Notes: generated by a model not told the origin, from the sequence alone. Positions 39,696-49,893 are shown, numbered from the stretch's first letter. The stretch: DNA of 64,000 bases from an uncultured delta proteobacterium (GCA_963745025.1 CAVUWD010000016.1:640001-704000), one strand, 5' to 3'. A program made the numbers and translations.

Positions 39696-39711
39696 TGGCA
39701 CGGAAATGGCT
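39696..39711 (+). promoter_or_regulatory. sigma54 -24/-12 promoter
   Basis: TGGCAC-GGAAA-TGGCT upstream of a CoA-transferase. Confidence 0.55.
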
Positions 39712-39752
39712 TTCCTTTGGGATGAGCAATGAATCGAGCGGAAGCACTCGAC

Positions 39753-40919
39753 ATGAAACAACTAGAGGGATTACGCGTTCTCAGCATCGAGCAGTTCGGC
39801 GCGGCGCCGTACGGCTCGATGTTCCTGGCCGATCTCGGCGCCGAGGTCATCAAGATCGAGAACGGCGCGACCGGCGGAGATGCGTCCCGTCACGTCGGTC
39901 CCTACCTGCTCGGTCCCGGCGACAGCATGTATTTCCAGGGCTGGAACCTCAACAAGCGCAGCGTGCTCCTGGACCTGAAGTCGGACAGCGGGCGCGCCGC
40001 CTTCGAGCGGCTGGTGAGCACCGCCGATGCGGTGATCAACAATCTGCGCGGGGACCAGCCGGGTAAGCTGGGACTGGACTACGCCAGCCTGTCGAAGATC
40101 AATCCGGCGGTCGTGTGTCTGCACATCTCGGCCTACGGCCGTGACAACGAGCGGGCCTCGCGGCCCGGCTACGACTTCCTGATGCAGGCGGAAGCCGGGC
40201 TCATGAGCCTCACCGGCGAGCCCGACGGCCCGCCGTCCCGGTTCGGCCCCTCGATCATCGACTACATGACTGGCGTCATCGGCATGGTCGGACTTCTGAG
40301 TTGCCTGATGCGGGCGCAGAAAAGCGGCAAGGGCTGTGACGTGGACACCTGTCTGTTCGATGTAGCATTGCATCAGCTCAATTATGCCGCGACCTGGTAC
40401 TTGAACGAGGGCCACGTTTCCACACGGCAGCCGCGCAGCGCGCATTTCTCGCTATCGCCGGTCCAGACCTTTCCCACCGCGGATGGATGGATCTTCGTGA
40501 TGTGCATGACGGACAAGTTCTGGAAAACCTTGCTCCAGGGCTTGGGGCGTCCCGATCTCGGAGAGGATCCCCGGTTCAAGGACCAGGGCTCACGCCATCA
40601 CGAACGCGAGGCACTGACCAACATCCTGGACGAGGAGTTCAAGAAGCAGCCCAGCGCCTACTGGCTGGCCAAGTTCTCGAACGAGCTGCCGATCGGGCCC
40701 GTGTACGACCTACCCCAGGCGCTCGAAAACCCGTTCGTCCGGCAAACCGGCATGATCCGCACCGTCCCCCATCCCCGGCGACCGAATTTCAAAGTCCTGG
40801 CCAGCCCGCTCAAAGTCGATGGCGTGAGGCCGGAGCAGAATGCGGCGCCCATGGCGGGCGCCGACAACGAAGCACTGCTCGGCGCGGCCGTCGGCAGCGC
40901 CGAGGCTCCCGCGAAGTAG
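39753..40919 (+). CDS. class III CoA-transferase
   Basis: LEGLRVLSIEQFGAAPYG, GAEVIKIE, NLNKRS, RPGYD and IIDYMTG motifs. Alternative start at 39729. Confidence 0.92.
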   Translation: MKQLEGLRVLSIEQFGAAPYGSMFLADLGAEVIKIENGATGGDASRHVGPYLLGPGDSMYFQGWNLNKRSVLLDLKSDSGRAAFERLVSTADAVINNLRGDQPGKLGLDYASLSKINPAVVCLHISAYGRDNERASRPGYDFLMQAEAGLMSLTGEPDGPPSRFGPSIIDYMTGVIGMVGLLSCLMRAQKSGKGCDVDTCLFDVALHQLNYAATWYLNEGHVSTRQPRSAHFSLSPVQTFPTADGWIFVMCMTDKFWKTLLQGLGRPDLGEDPRFKDQGSRHHEREALTNILDEEFKKQPSAYWLAKFSNELPIGPVYDLPQALENPFVRQTGMIRTVPHPRRPNFKVLASPLKVDGVRPEQNAAPMAGADNEALLGAAVGSAEAPAK

Positions 40920-40925
40920 AGATCC

Positions 40926-41045
40926 ATGAATCTCTCCGGACTTCGCGTCATCGATTTTTCAGTGTTTCTGCCGGGGCCGTATCTGACTCAGATCCTCGCG
41001 GAGCACGCTGCCGAAGTGATCAAGGTCGAGCGGCCCGGTGAGTGA
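40926..41045 (+). pseudogene. class III CoA-transferase N-terminal stub
   Basis: [39 protein letters not shown], only the first 39 aa of a CaiB protein. Confidence 0.8.
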
Positions 41046-41055
41046 AGGAGACTCC

Positions 41056-41562
41056 ATGGTTGCCATCGCCCAAAAGGTCGGGCCAGCGCGCTACCGTGAA
41101 AGCTTCGGACGCTACTACGAAGACTTCGTCGTCGGCGACGTCTACGAGCATCGGCCAGGAAGGACCGTCACCGAGACGGACAACATCTGGTTCACGCTGC
41201 TCACAATGAACACCCATCCGCTCCATTTCGACAACGCCTACGCGGAAAAGTCGGAGTTCAAGAAGGCGCTCGTCAACAGCTGCCTGACGCTCTCGATCGT
41301 CGTAGGAATGAGCGTGAGCGATGTCAGTCAGAAGGCCATCGGCAATCTCGGTTGGAACGACATCAAGCTGACGGCGCCCGTGTTCGTCGGCGATACCCTC
41401 TATGCCGAGTCCGAAGTCCTGTCGAAGCGCGAGTCGTCTTCACGTCCGACGCAGGGAATCGTCGCGGTGCGCACCCTCGGCAAGAAGGCCGACGGCACTC
41501 AGTTCATGAGCTTCGAACGGACGGTACTAGTGCCGAAGCGAGGCTACGCCGTGGACGACTGA
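41056..41562 (+). CDS. MaoC-family (R)-specific hydratase/dehydratase
   Basis: GRYYEDFVVGDVYEHRPGRT, NTHPLHFD, NLGW and PVFVGDTLYAESEV motifs. AAGGAG RBS. Confidence 0.88.
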   Translation: MVAIAQKVGPARYRESFGRYYEDFVVGDVYEHRPGRTVTETDNIWFTLLTMNTHPLHFDNAYAEKSEFKKALVNSCLTLSIVVGMSVSDVSQKAIGNLGWNDIKLTAPVFVGDTLYAESEVLSKRESSSRPTQGIVAVRTLGKKADGTQFMSFERTVLVPKRGYAVDD

Positions 41563-41661
41563 GGGCCGGGTCGCGGCCGTTCGCGATCGTTCTCGTCTGA
41601 GGGCGCCGCGAACGATTTCGAGCGGAAAACGGATCGAAAATCTCTGCGCACGGGGGAGAAC

Positions 41662-41724
41662 ATGGAATACGCGATCGCGCTTGCCCCTGCCGCCGATTCC
41701 TGGAGGGTGGAACTTGGAGAATGA
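41662..41724 (+). pseudogene. LLM oxidoreductase N-terminal stub
   Basis: GGGGAG RBS followed by MEYAIALAPAADSWRV-ELGE*, similar to the starts of neighbouring DSQM-type LLMs. Confidence 0.5.
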
Positions 41725-41782
41725 CTGACAAAATTCGGCACTTGGGTTGCGGGCGTCAGCCCGCGTTACGGAGGCTTCTCAC

Positions 41783-42679
41783 GTGACCACCGATTACCGC
41801 AATTTCGAGTCCGCCTTGCGGACGCCCGGTGTCTTCTGTTTTCTCGACGGAATGAGCGGCGCGGAAACCGGACGATTCGCCCGGAAGGTCGAGCGGCTCG
41901 GATATAGCTCGATCTGGTTTGCCGAGCTCTTCGGGCGCGAAATCTTCACCCACGCCGCCTACCTCTTGAGCAATACCGAGAAGCTGATCGTCGCCGCGGC
42001 CGTCGCGATCGTGCAGAAGCGCGAACCGGTCACGGCGTGGGGTGCGGCCAACACGCTCGCCGAGCTCTTCGAAGGCCGCTTCGTCCTCGGCCTCGGTATC
42101 AGTCACCGGGAGCTCCAAGCGATGCGAGGCCTCGGCTACGAAAAGCCCTTGAGCACCATGCGCGGGTACCTGGCGAGGCTGAGAGCCGTTGAATATCAGG
42201 CGCCAAAGCCGAAAGAATCCCCGCCGGTCGTGCTTGGCGCGCTCCTGCCCAAGATGATGCGGCTCGCGCTCGAGGAGACTCAAGGCGTGCATACCTACTT
42301 CGTGCCGCCCGAGCACACCGCCAGGACGCGCGCGACCGCTGGGCCGGACAAGTGGGTCTGCGCCGCGCAGGCGGTGCACCTCGAAACCGACCCGGTAAAG
42401 GCTCGAGGCGCCGCTCGCAAGTACACCAGCTTCTATCTCGGCCTCCGTACCTACTCGAAGCATCTGGCGCCGTTGGGCTTCGGCCCGGCCGACCTTGTCG
42501 GTGGCGGCAGCGATCGCCTGGTCGACGCGATCGTCGCGTGGGGCTCGGTAGACGAGATCCGTCAGCGGATCGCGGCCCATTATGAAGCCGGAGCCACTCA
42601 CGTCTGCATCGTACCGATCGCTTCCGACGGCAGCATGATTCCCGACCAACGCACGATCGAGGCGCTTGCCCCGCGCTGA
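41783..42679 (+). CDS. LLM-class oxidoreductase, probably F420-dependent type
   Basis: VERLGYSSIW, GRFVLGLGISH, KPLSTMRGYL, YFVPPEHT, GGSDRLVDAIVAWG and AGATHVCI motifs. Confidence 0.85.
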   Translation: MTTDYRNFESALRTPGVFCFLDGMSGAETGRFARKVERLGYSSIWFAELFGREIFTHAAYLLSNTEKLIVAAAVAIVQKREPVTAWGAANTLAELFEGRFVLGLGISHRELQAMRGLGYEKPLSTMRGYLARLRAVEYQAPKPKESPPVVLGALLPKMMRLALEETQGVHTYFVPPEHTARTRATAGPDKWVCAAQAVHLETDPVKARGAARKYTSFYLGLRTYSKHLAPLGFGPADLVGGGSDRLVDAIVAWGSVDEIRQRIAAHYEAGATHVCIVPIASDGSMIPDQRTIEALAPR

Positions 42680-42738
42680 ACTGAACCGGAGAGGCCCGCC
42701 CAACGGTTCCGTCTGACGCAGTAGAAGGAGGGTTCGAC

Positions 42739-43821
42739 ATGCAGTTCGGCATCACGTTGGATACGCACATCGGCAAGTGGGACGCGGTTCGCTATGCCGA
42801 GGAGCTCGGTTACGACAGGGCGTGGGTGCCCGACTCGCAGATGATTTGGTCGGACTGCTACGCGACCCTGGCGTTGGCCGCAGCCAATACCAAGCGGATC
42901 AAGATCGGGACCGGGGTTGCCGTTTCCGGCACGCGCATCGCGCCGGTCACCGCGCATTCGATCGCTAGCATCAACGAGCTGGCGCCCGGCAGGGCCTTCC
43001 TCGGAATCGGCACCGGGAACACCGCGATGCGAGTGATGGGGCAGGATCCGATGCCGGTCAAGGAGTTCAAGGAGTACCTACGCGTCGTGCGCGCTCTGCT
43101 CGACGGCAAGGCAGTCGATTATACCTACCGCGGCAAGACTCGCGAGATACAGTTTCTCCATCGCGACCGCCATTTCATCAATCTCGACAATCACATTCCG
43201 ATCTACGTCGCAGCCAACGGTCCTAAGGCGTGCGAGGCGGCCGGCGCCTATGGTGACGGCTGGAGCACAATCGGGCGGGATGCGGGCGCGATCGACGAGC
43301 GGCTGAAGAACGTGCGCGTGGGCGCGAAGGCCGCGGGGCGGGAGCTCGGAAAGGATTTCCACACGGTACTCTTGACCGCGGCTTGCGTACTGAGGCCAGG
43401 CGAGAAGGTGACGGACGACCGTGTGATCGACGAAACGGGCGCCTGGGTGACCTGCGAGCTACACATGTTCTACGAGATCTGGCACCAGCTCGGGAAAAAG
43501 GACGAGCTCGTCCCGAGCTATTTCGCCAACGTCTGGGATGACTACACAAAGCGCGTCGCCGGTTACAGCCTGCCGGAAAGCGCCCGTTTCCGTCAGATCC
43601 ATGACGGGCATTGCACCTTCGTCCAGCCGGACGAGCGGCGCTTCGTGACCCCGGAAGCCGTCCGCGTGAGCTGCCTCGTCGGCGCGCCGGAGGAGATCAT
43701 CGAAACGGTGCGTTCGCTCGAGAAGAGCGGCATCAAGGAGATCAACCTGCTGCCGAGCGCGGATCGACAGAAGAGCGTGTGGCGTGACTTCGCCGAGCTG
43801 GTCATGCCCGCGTTCCGCTAG
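42739..43821 (+). CDS. LLM-class oxidoreductase (DSQM subfamily)
   Basis: AWVPDSQMIWSDCY, RIAPVTA, GIGTGNTAMR and AANGPKA motifs. Confidence 0.9.
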   Translation: MQFGITLDTHIGKWDAVRYAEELGYDRAWVPDSQMIWSDCYATLALAAANTKRIKIGTGVAVSGTRIAPVTAHSIASINELAPGRAFLGIGTGNTAMRVMGQDPMPVKEFKEYLRVVRALLDGKAVDYTYRGKTREIQFLHRDRHFINLDNHIPIYVAANGPKACEAAGAYGDGWSTIGRDAGAIDERLKNVRVGAKAAGRELGKDFHTVLLTAACVLRPGEKVTDDRVIDETGAWVTCELHMFYEIWHQLGKKDELVPSYFANVWDDYTKRVAGYSLPESARFRQIHDGHCTFVQPDERRFVTPEAVRVSCLVGAPEEIIETVRSLEKSGIKEINLLPSADRQKSVWRDFAELVMPAFR

Positions 43822-43867
43822 CTCGCCGCCCGGCGACGGCATGACCGAATTCATCCTGCCGAACAGA

Positions 43868-44935
43868 TTACTTCATCCGCTTAATGATCTCACTCGAAAA
43901 TGTCTCGATGGTTTCTTTCGAATCGGTTACCGCTTGCACGGCGACCTGATTGATCCCCGCCTTCTTCATCGCGTGAATCGATTCGATGATTTCTTCGCGC
44001 GTTCCGGTCAGCGTGGTGGCGCGGATCATTTTCTCGGTCACCAAGGGTTCGTGCTCTTTCTTGAAGCCTTGGAGATAATCGCCGTACAGCTTCAAGTGTC
44101 GCGTCTCAATTGGTTCGTCCGGTGCGCGATAGGCGTTCTTGAATGCCATCAAATCCTCACGGAGGTCCGCTGGTAGATCCTCGGGATTCGGGCTCGCAAA
44201 GGCAATGAGGTTACTCGAAGACGACACGAAAGGCCCAACCGCTCTACGCACCCGCGGGGTCTCTAGCCGCTCTCCCGGCTTCGTCTGGTGAAAAGCGGTC
44301 ATGCACAGCTTGTAGATTTTCTTGTGGTCCCGTCCGACGCGCTCAGCGCCGGCGCGAACATGGCTCATATGAAAGTCGATGAGGCTTGGGGCGACGGCGC
44401 CAAACATGATGACGCCATCGGCAATCTCCCCTGCCAATTCCAAGCTCTTTGCCCCACTTGCCGCCATATAGATGGGAATCTTCTTCTTGATGTCGATCGC
44501 GCCACTTCTCGGGTTGAGAAACTTGATCATGCGCCGGCGCTCGCCTTCTTGATAGGGCGTCGTTTTCCCCGCCAGCAGATCGCGGCAGACGCGAATGTGT
44601 TCACGCAACACGTCGAGACGCGCCGCGGGCATGCCCAAGGTCCGCCGAGCGGTGTTGCCAGTGCCAATACCAAGGATCGTCCGTCCCGGCGCCAGGGCGT
44701 TAATCGAGGCGATCGCACTCGCCGTCATCGGCGCAATACGCGACGCAGGGTTGGTCACCCCAGGTCCCAGAAAAATCGTCTTCGTATGCTCGGCGCACAG
44801 CGCCAACGCCGCATACACATCGCTGGCCAACATCTGCGAGTCATACAACCAGGCGTGCGTAAATCCGCGTTTCTCCGCCAACGCGACGGCCGGATGAATT
44901 TGCACGCTGCCAAAAAAGACGAAACCGAAATCCAT
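43868..44935 (-). CDS. LLM-class oxidoreductase (DSQM subfamily, close paralog of 38326..39390)
   Basis: AEKRGFTHAWLYDSQM, GTGNTARRTLGMPAARL and YRAPDEPIETRHL motifs. Confidence 0.9.
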   Translation of the reverse strand: MDFGFVFFGSVQIHPAVALAEKRGFTHAWLYDSQMLASDVYAALALCAEHTKTIFLGPGVTNPASRIAPMTASAIASINALAPGRTILGIGTGNTARRTLGMPAARLDVLREHIRVCRDLLAGKTTPYQEGERRRMIKFLNPRSGAIDIKKKIPIYMAASGAKSLELAGEIADGVIMFGAVAPSLIDFHMSHVRAGAERVGRDHKKIYKLCMTAFHQTKPGERLETPRVRRAVGPFVSSSSNLIAFASPNPEDLPADLREDLMAFKNAYRAPDEPIETRHLKLYGDYLQGFKKEHEPLVTEKMIRATTLTGTREEIIESIHAMKKAGINQVAVQAVTDSKETIETFSSEIIKRMK

Positions 44936-44958
44936 AGTTCCCCCTCAAACCATGTACT

Positions 44959-45418
44959 TCATCGCGTGGTCAAGCGTTCCGGATGGCGAATGACGTACAC
45001 TGGGCAGTGAACACTTCTAAGGACTTTCTCGACGACGCTTCCGAGCAGCATATGGGCAAGTCCGCTACGGCCATGAGTGCTCACCACGATGGTGCCGATG
45101 GCTTTTTCTGTCTCGACCTTCAGAATTTCTGCCAGCGATATCTCCCTCACGAAGAAGGATTTCATGATTGGGAAAATCGCGTAATTCCTTGGTGGTATAC
45201 TCTTGGAGCCACGTCCGGGCCTTTTCCCGCGCGTTCATTTCCATCGCCAAATAATCCCCTTCAACCCGTCCATATATGCTACTGGTCGGATTGTCGATGA
45301 CGTGCATGAGGTACAGTTTGGTCTTGTACAGTTCCGCTAGTGTGTGCGCGTACGCCAACGCATGAGCCGAGTCCTGGGAAAAATCGGTGAGCCACAGAAT
45401 GTTTTGAATTTGAACCAT
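44959..45418 (-). CDS. universal stress protein, +1 frameshift near 45136
   Basis: N-part NILWLTDFSQDS...LMHV...LREGD and C-part LAEIL...IVVSTHGRSGLAHMLLGSVVEKVLRSVHCPV are in different frames. Confidence 0.8.
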
Positions 45419-45623
45419 GTCCCCCTCCTTCTGGCTGAAGACAACCGCGTCCCCGGCAGTTCGGCCGTTCGGAGCCGGACGTGAGCAGCGTCAGGATCGA
45501 GCTCTCGGTCGCCGAAGATCTCGCCCTCCCTCCGGCGAGCGGACCGGCTGACGGGGCGGGTGGTTTCGATCGGACCCTTTGTCGCGCAGCGGCCGGAAGT
45601 TGACCCGACGGGGCTCGTCGTTC

Positions 45624-46589
45624 CTACTTGATCGCCGCCGGATTCACCGGCGAGCCGGCGCCGTTCACGACCTTCAGCGGCAAGCCGACGAACAGGAACG
45701 TGTACTGGCCGTCCTTCGCGCAATCTTCGGCGAGATCGTGCGTCCAACTGATCTCGTTGAACACGATCCCGAGATGGTAGAGGAGCGCCATGTGGAGCGG
45801 GATCATCGTCCCGCTCTCGTGGTGCCACGTCTGCTCGGTCGCGATCGTGTCACTGCCGATCGAAGGGATCTCCATCTCGTGGAACCATTGCACGAGCTCC
45901 TTCGAATACGCGAGCCCGGGCTCCTCCATCTGACCGCCGGGGAAGAAGCCGGCGAGGCCCTCGTCGTAGTACCGCTTCAGCCAGCCGGTGTGGATGAGCA
46001 AGATGTCGTGCTTCTCGATCGGCGAGTTCTGCTTCTTCGCCGCCGCCTCGAGGTCCGCGACGTGGATCGATTCGTTCGGATCGAGGTGCTTCTTGCCTTT
46101 CAAGCGCGCGATGTCGAGGAGGACACCCCGACCGATCACCCCCTTGTTCGCGATCGGCTCGATCGAGCACTTTTGTAGACCCCCGATCGTCGTCTTCGCG
46201 TCGTAACCGTTATAGATCTTATCGCCGTACCAAACGTGGCCGAGCGCATCGTACTGCGTGGTGCCTTGCAGGTACATGACGATCACATCGTCGGCATACT
46301 CCAAACCGCCGGGAAGCGGCTGTGTTCGGCCGCTCATGTACATGCCTTTGTCGCTCACCATCGTGCGGATCGGCTGGCCGCGCGAAGGGTAGAGCGGGTC
46401 GCCTTGGGGCCGGGCGAGCGGAATCCCCAGCGTGAACGTCTTTCCCTGCCGGACCGCCTTCACGCCGCGCAGGACTTCTTCGTTCGTGAGGAAGTTGAGG
46501 CAGCCGAGCTCGTCGTTCGCTCCCCATCGGCCCCAGTTCTTCGGCGAGTCCTTGAGCATCTGTTCGAACTTCATTGGCTCTTTCGGCAT
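45624..46589 (-). CDS. cyclase family metal-dependent hydrolase
   Basis: NWGRWGANDELG, QGTTQYDALGH, RGVLLD and GAGSPVNP motifs. Confidence 0.9.
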   Translation of the reverse strand: MPKEPMKFEQMLKDSPKNWGRWGANDELGCLNFLTNEEVLRGVKAVRQGKTFTLGIPLARPQGDPLYPSRGQPIRTMVSDKGMYMSGRTQPLPGGLEYADDVIVMYLQGTTQYDALGHVWYGDKIYNGYDAKTTIGGLQKCSIEPIANKGVIGRGVLLDIARLKGKKHLDPNESIHVADLEAAAKKQNSPIEKHDILLIHTGWLKRYYDEGLAGFFPGGQMEEPGLAYSKELVQWFHEMEIPSIGSDTIATEQTWHHESGTMIPLHMALLYHLGIVFNEISWTHDLAEDCAKDGQYTFLFVGLPLKVVNGAGSPVNPAAIK

Positions 46590-46716
46590 GATGCTTCTCC
46601 TTCTTAATGGGGACGTCTAATGCCTTCAGTTTCTGCCAGAACGCTCAAGCACGAATGACGAACGCGGCCGGCCGCAACCGCGCGGAGCGCGGAAGGCAAT
46701 AGCCCTCCGCCATCCT

Positions 46717-47148
46717 TCAGTCCGCCGGCGCGCCGAGAGCGGCGAGACCCGCCTTCGCAACCTGCATGTCCTGCGTGTAGTGACCGCCGCTCACCCCGAT
46801 GCCCCCGGCGACCTGGCCCTCGAGCTTGATCGGATAGCCGCCGCCGAAGACGACGAGCCTCGGCCACTTGGTGATGCCGTGCAGCAGCGGCGGGTCGTTC
46901 TTGATGAAGTCGAACCAGGCATGCGTCGGGATGCCGAAGGAGATCGCGGTGTAGGCCTTGTCGGCGGCGATCTCGACGCTCAGCAAAGCCGCGCCGTCCA
47001 TGCGCGTGAATGCCTTGAGCGTACCCGATTCGTCGACGACGGCGATGCACATCGGAACGCCGATCTTGCCGGCTTCGCCCTGCGCGGCCGCGATGGCCTT
47101 CTCGGCCCCCTCGAGGGTGATGCTCTTCTTGGTGATCGTGTTCGACAC
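46717..47148 (-). CDS. GlcG/HbpS-family heme-binding protein
   Basis: IAVVDESG, RMDGA, AADKAYTA, FGGGYPI, GGIGVSGG and QD motifs. GTG start after AGGAG. Confidence 0.88.
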   Translation of the reverse strand: MSNTITKKSITLEGAEKAIAAAQGEAGKIGVPMCIAVVDESGTLKAFTRMDGAALLSVEIAADKAYTAISFGIPTHAWFDFIKNDPPLLHGITKWPRLVVFGGGYPIKLEGQVAGGIGVSGGHYTQDMQVAKAGLAALGAPAD

Positions 47149-47183
47149 CGTTCTCGCTCCTTGTCCGAATCTTCCCTGGGCGG

Positions 47184-48032
47184 TCACCCTTGTGCGCGAA
47201 TCTTTTCGAGCACCGGCATCAGGTACTTCTTGAAGTTCTCCGGATTCTCCGACATCGGGAAGTGCCCGTTGCCCTTCATGATGATGACTTCGGAGTTCTT
47301 GACCTTCGCGGCGGTGTCCCTCGTCATCTCGGGTGTGCACGCGAAGTCATACTCTCCGGTGATGAAATACGTCGGGATCTTTCCCTTGATCGCCTCGCAC
47401 TTGCCGCGAAAGTCGTGGTCGACGCTGTAGAAGTAGAGGTCGCCCTTGAATACGCCAGGGCCGCCCTGCGAGTAGTACCACCAGGTCTCCCAGCGGTAGT
47501 CGTCGGGGCTTTGCGGCGCCATCAGGCCGAACACCGACGTCGCACAGACCTCTCCGCCGTGGACGTGGGGGTGGTTGAGCCAGCTCAGCCACCAGCCGGG
47601 CGAGTATTCGCAGGCCTCGATGGCGATCAACGCGCGGAGCTTGTCGGAGTAATTGAGGGCGAGCGGAAGGCAGATGTTGCCTCCCATCGACGAGCCCATC
47701 ACGACGGGCTTTTCCAGCCCGAGGGCACCGCAGAACGCGATCACGAACTCCGAGTAGAACTTCGACGTGAGCTTGTACTCCTCGGTCTCCTTCCACCAGG
47801 CCGCGGGAGGAATCGACTTGCCGTGTCGCGGCAGGTCGAAGGCGACGACGCGGAAGCTCTTGGTGATCTCCGGGTCACAGAGCTGGTGGCGCCACTCGCG
47901 CGTGTCGGTGCCCGCCGTGTGGAGGCACACCAGCGGAATCCCTTGTCCCGCTTCTTCGTAGTAGATCCGGTAGTCCTGGCCTTCGTAGTCGACGTGCACG
48001 TAGCGGCCGACGATCGGTTCGATCTTTGCCAT
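47184..48032 (-). CDS. alpha/beta hydrolase (HTAG subfamily)
   Basis: CLHTAG, DLPRHGKS, GSSMGG, GEYD and GHFPMSENP motifs. Confidence 0.9.
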   Translation of the reverse strand: MAKIEPIVGRYVHVDYEGQDYRIYYEEAGQGIPLVCLHTAGTDTREWRHQLCDPEITKSFRVVAFDLPRHGKSIPPAAWWKETEEYKLTSKFYSEFVIAFCGALGLEKPVVMGSSMGGNICLPLALNYSDKLRALIAIEACEYSPGWWLSWLNHPHVHGGEVCATSVFGLMAPQSPDDYRWETWWYYSQGGPGVFKGDLYFYSVDHDFRGKCEAIKGKIPTYFITGEYDFACTPEMTRDTAAKVKNSEVIIMKGNGHFPMSENPENFKKYLMPVLEKIRAQG

Positions 48033-48043
48033 CGTGAACCTCC

Positions 48044-48436
48044 TCAGTGAGCCACTTCGCGCATCAGCGCGAGCGCCCACGTGAACGCGCGTAGGTTCTG
48101 CCACACGACTTGGACGTCGCCCTCGATCTTCAGGCGGCCGTGCAGTGGATGCGCCATCGCCCAGATGTCGTTGTACATCGGCGGCGGCGTCCGCTGGACG
48201 AACTTCTGCCAGCTGGACTTCGGCGCGCGAAGCGCGAACGCGTACCGGTCCTCGGGTCCGGCCTTGTCGACGATGCGCTCGACCCGGCCGCTCCGGAAAT
48301 GCACGACGTAAGCCGTGTCTTCGCCGAAGTCGAGAAGGACGTTCTCGTCGAAGTAACGACCGACGTTCTTCATGACCCCGTTCTTGTTGACGCAGCTTTG
48401 CCACTGCTGCATCCACTGCGAACCGAACTGATCCAT
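48044..48436 (-). CDS. hypothetical protein, SCP2-like fold suspected
   Basis: About 130 aa with FGSQWMQQW...F.LRAPKSSWQKF...PPPMYND...LKIEGD, upstream of the hydrolase. Confidence 0.75.
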   Translation of the reverse strand: MDQFGSQWMQQWQSCVNKNGVMKNVGRYFDENVLLDFGEDTAYVVHFRSGRVERIVDKAGPEDRYAFALRAPKSSWQKFVQRTPPPMYNDIWAMAHPLHGRLKIEGDVQVVWQNLRAFTWALALMREVAH

Positions 48437-48504
48437 ATCGACCTCCCTCTTGACGGAAGCCGCAGCTCGCCTGCCGCGCGCTTCCGGATCGGTCCTGGCT
48501 TCCG

Positions 48505-48825
48505 TTAGCCCTGAGACAGGGTCTTCAGGTCCTCTGCCCAGTTCTCGTACGCACGCAGCGGTATCATCTCGAGCTCGGTGACGAAATGGGAGAGGCCGAG
48601 CTTCCAGAGCGGAAGGCCGAGGATGGCCTGGTCGAGCGCGTCGCCTGACTCGACGTCGAGCACGGCGTAGACGTCAGGCGTTCCGGCGGCCTTCCAAATC
48701 GCCTTGATCACACCCGCTCGGTAGGCTTGCAGGGCGGCCTCGGACTCTTTCTTCCAGGCGCCGTAGAACTCTCGGTTCGACGTCCCCGCGGGCTTTTCCA
48801 GATGGGCCTTCAACAAGAAAAGCAT
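48505..48825 (-). CDS. muconolactone delta-isomerase-like protein
   Basis: MLFL...E...A......G.IKAIWK..G......DVES...LD..I..LPL...E..PL pattern of the CatC-like alpha/beta barrel family. Confidence 0.7.
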   Translation of the reverse strand: MLFLLKAHLEKPAGTSNREFYGAWKKESEAALQAYRAGVIKAIWKAAGTPDVYAVLDVESGDALDQAILGLPLWKLGLSHFVTELEMIPLRAYENWAEDLKTLSQG

Positions 48826-48853
48826 CTGGTATCTCCTTATTTACGGTTACGGG

Positions 48854-49870
48854 TTACAGGCGCGGCAGAACCTTGTCGCCGAAGAGCCGGATCGCCTCCA
48901 CGACGCGCACATGTGGGGGGCCGCCGGGATGGCGCATGCGAAGGATCAGGTAGTCGGGATGAACCTCCTCGCACCAGCGGTTCAGCTCGTCGCGACACTC
49001 CTCGGGGGAGCCGATGACGAACCGGTCCTTCACGGCTCGCTCGAACGTCCATTCCTCCTCGGACCCCACGCCCTGGATGTACGGATCGTCCGGGGCGTAA
49101 GCTCCGTACCGGAAGTAGAAGCGGTGCGTGTACATGATCGGGCCACTCTCCGCGCGCGCCCCACTCCTCGTCGGAGCCACCCACACGTCGCGCATCAAGG
49201 CCACCGACGCAGGGCGGCCCAGCTTCTCGGCCTCCTTCCGGTAGATGCCGGCGAAGCGCTGGATCACGGGCAGGCTCTGCAGGGGGTCGGTAAGCCAGGC
49301 GTCGGCGATGCGCGCCGCGCGGCGAAGACCCGGGGGCGTCCACGCGGCCATCCAGATCGGCAGGCGTGACTGCTGGATCGGGCGGGGAGTGACCTGGACG
49401 CTGCCGATCTGAAAGTGACGCCCCTCGAAGGAGAAGCGCTCCCCGGTCCACGCGCGACGCAGGATCTCGATGCCCTCCTCGCACCGCCCAATCCGCTCCG
49501 CGAACGGAACCCCGAAGGTGTCGAAGTCCGGTTGCTGGTAACCGACGCCGACTCCTAGGATGAGCCGGCCTCCCGTGGCGATGTCGACGACCGCCGCATC
49601 CTCGGCCACGCGCACGGGGTGATACAGTGGGAGGAGGAGAACGCAGGTTCCCACCCGGATCCGCTGCGTGGCGGCGCCCACGAGTCCCGCGAGGAGCAGA
49701 GGGTTCGGCAGGTAACCGTCGGCCTGCTGGTGATGCTCGCTGAAGAGACAGCTATCGAAGCCGGCCTGCTCCGCCACGCCCGCCTCGACGATCACCTCCT
49801 TCCACAGCCGAGCGATGTGCTCGGCGTTGGGCGGATCCTGCTGGCAGGGAAAATATCCGACCTTGATCAC
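48854..49870 (-). CDS. LLM-class flavin-dependent oxidoreductase
   Basis: AEQAGFDSCLFSEHH, LPLYHPVRVAED, PRPIQ and IRLFGDKVLP motifs. Confidence 0.9.
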   Translation of the reverse strand: MIKVGYFPCQQDPPNAEHIARLWKEVIVEAGVAEQAGFDSCLFSEHHQQADGYLPNPLLLAGLVGAATQRIRVGTCVLLLPLYHPVRVAEDAAVVDIATGGRLILGVGVGYQQPDFDTFGVPFAERIGRCEEGIEILRRAWTGERFSFEGRHFQIGSVQVTPRPIQQSRLPIWMAAWTPPGLRRAARIADAWLTDPLQSLPVIQRFAGIYRKEAEKLGRPASVALMRDVWVAPTRSGARAESGPIMYTHRFYFRYGAYAPDDPYIQGVGSEEEWTFERAVKDRFVIGSPEECRDELNRWCEEVHPDYLILRMRHPGGPPHVRVVEAIRLFGDKVLPRL

Positions 49871-49893
49871 GCTCGGATGCTCTGTCCTACCGC

